A stretch of 64,000 nucleotides of DNA, from contig BQFW01000012.1 in the NCBI GenBank assembly GCA_020891255.1, positions 1,488,001-1,552,000 on the forward strand, read 5' to 3'. This DNA is from Entomortierella parvispora E1425. Taxonomy: Eukaryota; Fungi; Mortierellomycota. Of the stretch, positions 11,901-22,614 are shown piece after piece. A program made the translations under genes and the position numbers. Every line of letters begins with the position of its first letter. Position 1 is the first letter of the stretch. The notes under the pieces were generated by a model. The model made no database searches and was not told the origin of the DNA. It saw only the letters and a program-made list of their open reading frames with translations.

Positions 11901-13405
11901 CCCCCGATCGTCTTCCACCGAGAATATCATCCACAGTTGGGGGAACCGACTCTTATTTGCAAGAGATCAGAAACGTTGTCAAGGACGACATGGATTTCGA
12001 GAAGCTTTGGCCCGGTGCGCGTCCAACGGATATCAAAATCTTGACTCTAGATGCCGGACAAGCGTTCGTAGTTGGGGCGTACGCATATCTACCTGGCAGG
12101 AACGGAGCTCTCTCTACAACAATGGACATATCGGTGGATCTCACAAGACCAACAGATGCAGAGCAAGACGGCCCCGTTCACCTCAATCTTGCTGTTAACC
12201 AAAAGGCGGTAATGCAACCTGTATTTCGATACCGAAGATGGCTAAACACAGAGAAAGGCGTTGTCACGGAGGCTGAACCGTCATCTATATCGGACATCGA
12301 ATCGAACCTCCCTCCTCTTCGAGGCTCACAATCAAGCGTGGAAGAGTATGTCAAAAAAATAAAGGAGGTCGAAGAACGCCTGAGCACCTTTTATAATGGC
12401 CGAAATAGGCGGTTTAAAAGGCATACCTGGGACATGAAACGAGCCAAACATGCCGAGTATCAGGCAATCGCCGAGAGGTTGCTACGAATAGTGGGAGGGA
12501 CTACCGGACGACATCGCGACCCAAACAACCATGTTATAATCGGCGTCGGCTTGGGGCAATTCAAGAGCTCCAGTCGATTGTCATCTCTTCACTCGTCATT
12601 TCTTGATTATTTCATCCCCCTGGTAAGTCAAAAACAATTCACCATGACCAGCCTTCTCTGGAGAAAGTAGTACAGTCTTGACAAGTGATAACTTACCTTG
12701 TTTTTTTTTCTTAATTAGGCACGCTCCCTTGGTTACTTGGTGGTAGGCATCAACGAGTATTATACTTCGCAAAAGTGCCCCAATTGTCACAACTTCATTG
12801 CTCGAGTAACCATCCGGCAGCTCTATTGCACGCATTGCAAGCATTTTCACCACCGGAACATTATGGCGGCAGAGAATATGGCAATGATTGTGCGGGAGCG
12901 TCTTGAGAAGCAAGAAAGACCCCTCCACCTACAGCCAGTGACAGAAGATGGCATATACCCCTGGATATCCGAATCAGATGAAAACACAGGGGACAGTCAT
13001 GTTACGGCCAGCACCAGCGTAAGAGGAGGCAGGTCCAAAGCGACAAAGACCGGCAGCCGTTCGAAGGCACGGGCGTCTTCTACCGTCAAAAGTCATGGCA
13101 AAGGACCCCCCGGGGCTGTCAGTCACAGTATTTCTACGACCGAGAGTGAAGCCAGTGCAGCTGCAAGTGCAAGTTCCCGCAGCAAGTCTCGCGCGTCGAA
13201 GAGGCAGGCTGCTACTGGAGAAGTGACAAACGCGGTGGACACCCACAGCTCATTGGAAATGAGCAGTATCGTCCCGTCTGACGGCCCCTCCAGATCAAGA
13301 AAGCGAGCATCCTCCCTCAACCTGAGCCAGGAAGAATGGCGAGAGAGCTTTAGTAGACAAAGGCTAGTTTTTTTGTGTGTTTGGACCCACACACCACATT
13401 GCTGA
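8974..13405 (+). CDS. XPG/FEN1-like (PIN) nuclease fused to Fanzor/TnpB-like RuvC nuclease; exons 8974-9742, 9821-10055, 10143-11249 (1-nt frameshift ~10855-10862), 11330-12622, 12719-13405; ~1360 aa
   Basis: N-terminus: MGLQDWFPFL, RLDVLS, YIDGG, CETEAD, SADSD, SNDY (XPG/FEN1 acidic motifs). C-terminus: ILTLDAG (RuvC-I, D at 12050), IIGVGLGQF, GINEYYTSQKCPNC (E at 12755), CTHC..HRNIMAAENM. All four GT-AG introns are phase-compatible. Confidence 0.8.
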
Positions 13406-13698
13406 TTGGGGCACAGTTTATGCTATAATTTCGTCCAGTGACGTCATTATGGCGTGAATTGTCCTCCTTTCAGTTGGAGCATGCAGTGCATGCGCCGCCT
13501 TCGCCACCATCACCATTGCCACCACCTCCCTTCCCTCCCATCAACTTTGCCACCACTCCCACGCTGTCCATCGCCTTTTGCTTCTATACCCTTCCCTTGG
13601 CATCGTCTTCTTTTCTTTCCCCGTCCGCCCTTTCCCTTCTTGCAGCCCTCACCTTCTTCCTTCAAACATCACCACCTCTCCCTATGCTTCGCAACACC

Positions 13699-16520
13699 AT
13701 GCCCAACAATCCCCTCACTCTGCTTTGCCTTGTCGAAGGCGAATCAAACCCGATCCCCGTCGAGATTGACCCTGCTAAGTCAGTCGGCCAGCTCAAGAAG
13801 GCCATCAAGACTGAAAAGGCAAACGACTTCAGTACTGTCGATCCGGATAAGCTCACTTTTTGACAAGTGGAGATACCTCTTGCTCCAGTGTAGGACCGTA
13901 AGCCAATTGTCTTGAACGAGGTTGACTCGGCGATTGAACTCAACGACCCAACAGACGACGTCTCTGATGCCTTCAAGGAACAGCCGCCTAAGAAAACAAT
14001 AAGCATCATTGTGCAGCGACCAGGTAATGCAGCCCTGATTGTCATTTCAAGCACTCTTCTTCTCTGTGTGTCTCCATTCTAACATTGTCTCTCTCCGCGT
14101 CTTCACTGACACAGCCCCTGCCCTCGCGCCCTCCCGCAATTCTGGAGATGTCTCGCGTCCCTGTAAGTTCCTTTGATTGGGTGCATTATACCTTTGACGA
14201 ATGCCTGCAAGCGTCTTCTAACATTTTCCTCTTTTTTCAATTACGTAGCGACGCCCATCCCATCCATTTTCATTCCTCAGGATCGAATCGAAGCAGAAGT
14301 GGCAGACATTCTCAAAGGCGTCGACCATCACCACACTACCCAAAGTATCAGCGCAAAGGATGCAGAGGCGACACAACGAGGAGTTTTAGGCCGGTTTTAC
14401 AAGAGGCCCCTACCCTATCACGAAAAGGCAGAGAACATCAGACTGGTGATGTTGGGGCTTGAACAGGACATCAAGCAAAGACGAGTGATGGCGAAACTCT
14501 TCGTGAGATCGTGGACAAGGATGCTGGCAGATCAACGGATCTTCGGGTGGTAGCGATGGTAGCACCAAGCGGCTCGGGGAAGACAGCCACTGTAATCGAC
14601 CTTGCAAGCAAACACTTTGTGATCTATGCCGTCTGCAGTATCGCAAGCCCTACCATCTCTCCCGGATTCACGGATCCAAATTTCATCATCCTCGCCAAGG
14701 ATATTGAGAGCATGTACCGGGCCGTCATTCACAAGAATCAAGGAGGTTGGCAGGATGCAGTGGATACCGATTCGGAAGTCAAAGCCTTGGCAGGGGAACG
14801 CATCAAGATTGAGTTCCTTGCTCGGCAGCTTTTCCTTTTGTCTCTCCTCAACAACAACCCTGATCTCGAACCTCGCCAATTCTTCCTTGAGCAGACCAAG
14901 GAAAGTGCCACCTCGACTATTGGCGATCTGGTTAACAGCGTACGGAATTACGATGATCGCACAGTTGATGCCCTTCTTCGTAAAGTTCAATCAGACATTC
15001 GAGCTCGTCTTCTACCCAGGGATCTTGGAGTCGTAATTGCTCTGGATGAAGCGCAAGTGGCAGCGAACGACATCTTACCTGGAAAGCTAATTTCACCTTC
15101 TGCCTTGGCCAAAAACAGGAAAGTTCTCTTTGACGACAAGGGTCAGCTACAATCAGAGTACCGTCGCGGCTTCCTTACGATATTGTCTGCGACTCTAAGC
15201 AACATGCGTGCCACACTGGTGATTCTTGGAACAGCACTCTCATTGCAGAATGCAGATCATGTCTACTCTGCTGTCGCCAAACAGACCAACGACTCCAGGA
15301 TCACTGACTTTCCATCCTTTTCCAAGGATGAAGTTTCCACGATGCTCTCAGATCTGGTTGATATGGAGGATTGTGTCATTCCAGAAGCGAAACGTCGTAA
15401 GCTGTCAGGACGAGCACGATTTGTTGTTGATGTCGTTAATCATCTCACCAAGCACTCGTCTACTGGAGATGATAAGCAAGCCGTACTCGATAATGCCATC
15501 GACAAGTCAATCGAGCACACGCTGGAGGGACTTCGCAGACCGGTCCGTTCTATTCTTGCGAATGATAAATCCGGTAGCATGGCTCGGCTTCTCTCCCGAA
15601 TGGTTTTGGCCTATCATCTCCATGGCGGAAAAATATGATTTGCAGGCAAGGATAAAGCTGACTTCGTAGACAAGTCCTTGTGCAAACTGCGACCTCATCC
15701 TGATGGAATTCACATGGTCATGGACGAGCCGATGGTCATTGAGGCGGTGGAGATAGAGCTAAAGGCGTCTGGCAAGGACCCAGCATTCTTGGAATATTTG
15801 GATCAGATTTTCCAGATTGTCACGAACTTTGGACTTTCGACAACGTCTAAAGGAGATGCGTTTGAGCCTCTTGTTCGTCGATGCCTTCAGCGTTTCAATG
15901 GCTACCCTGTAGTTGACCTTCCCTTCCTTCAAGGCGTCAACCTACCAGCCTGGTGCCACAATCTGATTCTTCAGACTGACTCTATCAACACAGCCAACGG
16001 GCTTGGATATACAGAGACCGGTCTTCGAGGAGATCTTGAGTTCCTCAAAAAATGTCCATCAAATCAGATGCTCATTGCTCAGTTTGGTACTCGCCCAGAT
16101 GGACTCTGGTTCTTCTCTGATAACCAGTACGCTGGCTCTCTTGCAATCAAGCTCTACAGCGACAACATCAGCAAGGATCTATTTTGCTCCAATGTGACTT
16201 CTAGTAATGTCCGAGGCTGTTTCTTAGGCAAGGACGGAATAAGCGTGAGCAAGGCAAATGCAGCTATATGGCAGGAATTTTTAGCTTCAGGAACCCCAGC
16301 CAACCTCAGAGGCGTCCTTCGCATTCATATCGAACTTCCTGGCGTGTCCGGCGGTAACCCAGTTACATATGTCAAAACAGACACAGTCAACAATACAGAG
16401 GATGTGATGGTGCACATCAATCTCTCCAATCTGGAAAGCTTTTTCTATGAGGGTATTCCTGAACACCGGGATGATGTCAGGAGTTTAGTGAACATGATTA
16501 GAGTCACATCATCACCTTGA
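13699..16520 (+). pseudogene. Crinkler (CRN)-family effector pseudogene: N-terminal ubiquitin-like CRN domain + P-loop NTPase + PD-(D/E)xK REase
   Basis: CRN N-terminus LTLLCLVEGES...VGQLKKAIK...PPKKTISIIVQRP. Walker A APSGSGKT, Walker B VIALDEAQ. C-terminal GDAFE...TRPDGLW...LAIK. In-frame stops at 13861, 13891 and 15636; frameshift at ~14470. Confidence 0.85.
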
Positions 16521-16691
16521 ATTCACGAACAGAGTTTCTTCTCGAATAAAGCTGATCAGATCGATCTCTCCGAGCTTCCTAACATTTTCTAATTAATGAA
16601 CAGATCAATAAGGGGAACCCATCGAGTTGAAAAGAGACACGACTTATTTAAATAGACTACAAGGACTCGGCGCCCAAGTGTAAAGAGGACA

Positions 16692-19383
16692 CTAGACAAG
16701 TGTGGTCGGAAGACGATTTTGTTGTTTGGACTATTTATGACCAGCGTGAGCACCATCTGTCTGGGACTATCCACTTGCTACCATGATGCAATGTGGTCAT
16801 TGGTTGTTCAAGGAGCTTGTACGGGATTAGTTCCAGTATCCACATGTTCTATCGGGGAACTAGCAAATCGCCAACAACGCATCCACGATGAAGAGCGATG
16901 GCTTGCCAAGGCACAGATGGGAGGGCGGGTCTGTGATCCAGAAGAGGTCCTGAACGAAAAGTCACTGGACGTGGAAGGGATCGAAGAGGTTGACGTTGAA
17001 GGCGGAGTCTGGTGCTCAGACCCCAATTGCACAGATGGCTTCAATGCCACCGACTCAAGGCTGGATCATAGGGCCACCCCGCTTGTCAAAACTCGAGTGG
17101 ACTATGCAGCCAAGGGCTATTCGGCTTTGGTGATTGCCCTTGCTCTCGGCGCTGCGCGTAAGAACGCGCGCTGTTTTGGATGGTTTCCACTCCGCCATAG
17201 TAGCTAATCCTGACAAATACCTTGCGTGAATGATTTGTAGTTGGTCCGCTTGCAGGAGGCAGCCTGACCCGGAAGCACATTCATGGATTCGATTCTTACC
17301 CTTACTTTGCGCCGTGCCTCTTGGCTGCAGTTGTATGATTTGTGATCACAGGCCTCGTGGCGGTTTTATTGAACGAGACCAATCCGAAATGGTCAAAGCC
17401 GACAGAGTATGAGAACCTACTGGAAGTACGAACTAGGGCTGCGTCAATGTACCTTCACGAAACTCTGACCCCACCCATCACCCGCGGTCGATCGGGGTAC
17501 GAGCAGAGTCGTCGATACAGAGAGACTGCTGGAGCAGTGTCTAGAGCTGCAACAGAGTCACCTTTGGACAACAACACATGTGAAGACAAGGCCAACTTCG
17601 ACGAGGCAGAGGACAAGATTACACTCTCGAACGAGACCCGACCCAGGCTTCGGCCACAAGGAGGAGTACCCACACCATTGGTGACTTGCACGTGTCCACC
17701 AACGGCTCCCTCTCGTACGACATCAAAGGTGTTGCCAACGCGATCCATCTTATCGCCAGCAACTGAACTCTATTTGATCCTCGCCATCTACACGCTTTTG
17801 GTCCTGACGTCCATCCTCGGCAGTGAGTTTGTCATGCTCTACACCCAGAGCCCCGTCCTGCGGGGTGGACTCGAGTTTTCTGCAAAGGTTTTGGGCCAGG
17901 TGTTGACAATACGCGGGATTCTAAAGTTAACCTTCAACCTCTTTGGCTACCCTTGGATGGTGAGGCGAACTGGACTTTTGAATTGCTTGCGGATCGGTAT
18001 CGTTGCGATTGGCTCTGTCTCTGTCCTGGGACTGGGCTGGTTTGTCCCATGGAGCGTCGAGAATGAGAACATGATCCTCTCCGTCAATGCAGACAAGGAG
18101 CACGCTGCTCAGACTAAGAGGCCGCCCGTGGGAATGACCGCCGTCTTGCTGTGCCTGAGTCTAATTTCAGTAGGGGATGTTCTGGGCTACATCTCTGTGC
18201 TTGTTCTGGTATGAATTCGCGCTTTCCTGTACAAGTCGCGATCGCACGCTGGCCCTCTGATGGGAAGAGTGCAAAAAATATGATTTTCAAACGTTTAACC
18301 GTCTTCCACTTCATTCCCTTTCATTTCCTGCGGGGATTTTTAGTTTGGAAAGAGTGCGGATCGATTGAAAAGCGGAGGCAAGACAATGAATACCGAAGGA
18401 CCTAATCAACAACAAGGCGGGAGCGGAGTGCTCTGGAGTGTGGCCCAAGTTTCGGCAAATGTGATGCGCCTGACTGGTCCAGTGCTCGCAGGGTAAGAAC
18501 ACAAAAGCAAATCCAAAGGAACAAAGAGAAGGACAAAAAAAAAAAAAAAACCAGGGAGCAGAGATGGGACAGCTGGAAACACAGTGCAGACCTTAAAGGA
18601 TTTCTTGGACGTTCCCCTGTTTTATTTGGCGGAGAAAAGGCAATTGGGCACGCTGCATGCATGATAAGTCAAGAGCAAAGACGACTCTATCAAAGTCCGT
18701 GTGTGTCTCATTCAGGTCTTCTTGCTCTCTGCTCTCGTCTGATGCATGCACCTTGTCTGAGCTGGCTTTTTTGAACACGGGCCTGCATGATCGACCGATG
18801 TCTGAGTAAACTGACATGTGTAGGATGGAATCAATTCTCTCAGATTGACTAACCTCACCATGTATTACTGAATGCTAGATTGCTTTGGTCTTTGACGGAC
18901 AAATCGCCTTCGGTATCGGCTTCCGATGTTCAAAGAGTAGGGCAGAGCGCCACAGGAGGGGCCAGCGTGGGATCGACTCAATCCACTTTCTCAGTGCCCC
19001 ATGAGGCAAGTGTGGAGAAGATTGAATTTCAAGAGTCTCATGGACATTTCTGGGCCGTGGCCACGAAAATCTTTCGCGGGTCTACTAGTGTCTTCTACCT
19101 CGTTGGCGCAATCTGCATTGTGAACTTTGTCGCCAGTCAATTCTTGTACCTTTCGACGCCTTCTTCGTCCACAAAGGCTGAAGGGGCAGTATCCCCTGCA
19201 TCCCAGCAGCATCAGCACGAGCCAGCGCCGCAGGCTCAAGATTATTTCTTACAACCCGAATATTCTAGTGGCGCCGGTCAATCTTCCCAGCAACAGCAGC
19301 AGTTCCAACAACCGCAGCAGAGTCAATTAGAGGCGGGCCATGTTACTTGCCCAATCCACCGGATTTTACACTCTAGTGCTTGA
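16692..19383 (+). CDS. MFS-type transporter, copy 2, apparently 5'-truncated
   Basis: Begins with MFS motif-A-like LDKCGRKTILLFG with an in-frame stop at 16653 and no upstream exon found. Continues through 17342-18214 and 18880-19383, identical to copy 1. Confidence 0.65.
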
Positions 19384-21413
19384 GATGGGCCAAAGAACGT
19401 CATTAAAGAAAGGATCGACCAAAAGATAAACTGTCTTTTTTTTTCTTCTTTTTTTTCTGTTTTGGTTGTATTTTTTTCCTGTTTGCCCAGCTGATCCAAA
19501 CAAACCATAGCCAAACGCCCATAGTTAACGCAATAGGTCACCATTGACGCTTCATCAACATACACTTGTCGCGTATCTCTTGAGTCCTGTGCTCTACAAT
19601 TGAATAAGTTCATATCAATAGGAGCTATTCTTTTTTTTTTGATAGGATGTGGTTCCTTTTGGAAAAAAAAAAGATTGCTTGCGGCTAAAATACAGCAAAG
19701 ATCAACCCCAAGTCGTCTCCTTCTCCTTGACAGGAGAGTGTCCAGGAGAGTGGAGAGATAGGGGACGAGGGCTATAATGTAGAGGGTCTGCGTGTGGGCA
19801 ACAAAAAAATAGACATATTTTTAGATCATTTAGCTAACGGGGTGTCATATCCACCTTGGTTCTTCGACGGATGTGATGAAGAAAACAAGGCTTCTAGAAC
19901 AAAAAGGGTGCTTGGTCGTTTACCTCTGAAGAATGTCAATTGGAAGGTCGTCATTATTCTTCTTCGATTGAGCGATATTATCGATCGCAAAAGAGCAAAT
20001 TGTGTTTTGTTTCCGGAACAAAGGGGTGGGGCCAGATTGTTGACTACTGTCTGCCTCGCTGTGAGGGTCAGGCTTCCCAATCACCGATCGCTCTGCTCTT
20101 TCCTCATTCCTACACCAATCCAAGGAGTGAATCAATGATTACAAGGATCAATACAAAAAAAGCGCCCTCCACTCGGGCTGAGGGAGGAGAGGCGGAGGGA
20201 GGGAGGAAAGCAAAGGAAAACAAACATCCAGAGTCGGGTTTCCCCCGTTTCAATCGCTCAGTGTCTCCTTGTTCTTTCCGCTCGCCCCCCTACAACTTTT
20301 GCGGATCAAAATAATGATGATGAGAGTCCACGTACAGGGATGGGGCGCACATTGGCCAAAATCTCTCACTCACTGTTCAAGCGTTTCCAACCAGATATGG
20401 ATACGAACACCACAAAGAGAGGGCAGGAGAAAGAAAAGGGGACGTAAAATATCGTCTTTCTGATTTCCCTCCCATTTTTCTTTCTTTTTTGTTTTTCAAC
20501 GGCAGCCAAAAAAGCGTGGCGGACGGAGGTCAAGGATCTGGGTTCCTAATTAGTTGTTTGTTAGTCGCTTCATAAGCAGCCGCCGCTCAAGTCAGCGCGT
20601 CAGTATAAAACAAACTCAATAAATGAGAGCTGAAAGGGGAGCAACTGGTGTTCGTTTGCCATTGTTGCTTTTCTAACAATCTGTTGGCGATGCTGGACTC
20701 CCGTTTGTTTTTCTTCTCAGAAAACAACAAGGCTTGTCGCTGGTTGGTTTCGTAGGACATGCATTGTTCTTCTGAGCAACACCGTAGCTACTGTTCTCTG
20801 CTCTCTTATTCGTTCCCGCGAAAAGACGACCAAAGGGCAGCACCATTTTTTTTGTGCGATCTAACCAATTTTCGATGGTTTTCCTTAATGTGACCGCGCC
20901 CAATGAAGTTCCCCCTTTTCGATTATCGTCGCTCTGTTGCTCTCCGCCTGCGCAAGGCAATATGAATGCACCAAGGACAGGTCGCACAAAAAAGCGATAC
21001 ACAAAAAAGTGGCCAGTCGAGTTTTCCCTTCCAGTTGGCTATTTTTTTTTTCCTTTTTTTTTTTTTTTGGCCTTCGATTGAAGGTCCTCCATGACCCAGT
21101 GGACAAAAAGGAGGGATACACATGATTGAGCAAAAAAACAATGTTTTTGAAAAGATGATCTGATCCCACAGAAACGACTACAAGCCATCCCACTCCACGT
21201 TCCTTCTTACCCCAGTCTTGCCACCAGACCATTGTGATGTTTTTCCCTATTTTTTTTCTCTTGGTTCTGCAAGGATGGGATGATCAAACAAAAAAAAAAC
21301 AAATGTTCTCCTTTCTTCTTTCGAACTAGACTGAGTAGGGGGGCTACAGTTTGGGTCCCAAGCACCATTGTACCCATCGATCCTTTTGTTAGTCTGCAAT
21401 GAAGAACAGCTGC
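17641..21413. repeat. Long direct repeat, copy 2 (true left end probably ~16690)
   Basis: Matches 1-3948 except for the 3207-3380 insert, a few SNPs and homopolymer length differences. Confidence 0.97.
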
Positions 21414-22532
21414 ACCAATGACCGCCTGTCATTTTCCTTTTTTTTTTTTTTGTGTGTTGATTTGTTGTTGCTGTAGTTTTGCAGTTTTTCTTTTTTGGCG
21501 GATCCCTTTCGAGGCAGAGTTCTCTGTGCTTTGTGCATCGAACAACCAATGATCGACAGGTCGTTCAATTGATTGACCTTACATGTTCGGTATTGAAGGT
21601 CAGTTTCCCACTCGGGGGAGCAAGTTGTTTCATGGAGCACAGAGATTGTGCGCCTATCAAACTATGTTGATTGAGGAAATCTCTGAGTCTTTTCTCCCTT
21701 CCTCTCTCTCGAGTTGAACGGAACATTTCAATCCGGACAAAATGTACCTATCCAGAAATGCCGTGAGGGAGGGAATGACATACACTGTCGTGGGTCCCAC
21801 AATTGCCCCGGATCAATTCTTATTAGCGAGGAATACAGCGGATATGATACTGTATCCCCTTGTCCCTATCGTCATCTCGGAAAAAAAAAGAGTACTCTCG
21901 CTGGGGTATTTTTATCTCCTCATCTTTGCCCCAGTGACAAAAAAAAGCGAGGCAAACATGGCCCAACACGAAACCGGGGTATCCATCAAAAGTCTCTCAT
22001 ATGTATTCTCTTTTTTTTTTTTTTTTTTTTTGTTTTTCAGATTTTGAAAGGGCGCCTCCTCAGCCGCAGGGAGCAACTGAACCCCACCTGGAGCTCGGAG
22101 TATCGAACAAGAAAAACGTGCTCAAAAGTAGAAAGAGCTGCGCACAAAAAAAAACCAAAAAAAATCTGATCTTATTGGACAGACACAAGGCCTAGAACAA
22201 GAAGGGAGATTTTAACTTTTTAAACTATTGTATTTCCTCGAGTAATTTTATACCATGTTTGCTGCTGGTCTGCACCAGTCGTCCAAGCGATGAATAAGAT
22301 TTGACAGTCGAACACGTCAAACCGGTTGTTGACATTCTCATCAATTGGCTTTCCTTCGGCTCTCTTTCTTACTCAATCGCGGCAATCCCGATGAACGTAA
22401 ATTTGGAGCAACAGCCAAATCAAAACGCTCTTTACATACCATCGTTTACATACCCTCGTTCACCATCAGGGGCAGACTCATGAGAAAAGGAAATGAAAAC
22501 CATGAACGCTTCTACAGAGCGGAGTGATGCGA

Positions 22533-22537
22533 GTGTG

Positions 22538-22614
<77 letters not shown>
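22533..22614. repeat. (GT)n microsatellite (~35 units) followed by (GA)6
   Basis: Seen directly. Confidence 0.97.

Noticed and set aside
3949-16695. Island as a Helitron (CTAG at ~16692)
   Set aside because: No 5' TC after A at 3949, no T after CTAG, no clear subterminal hairpin, and no Rep/helicase motifs in the island.
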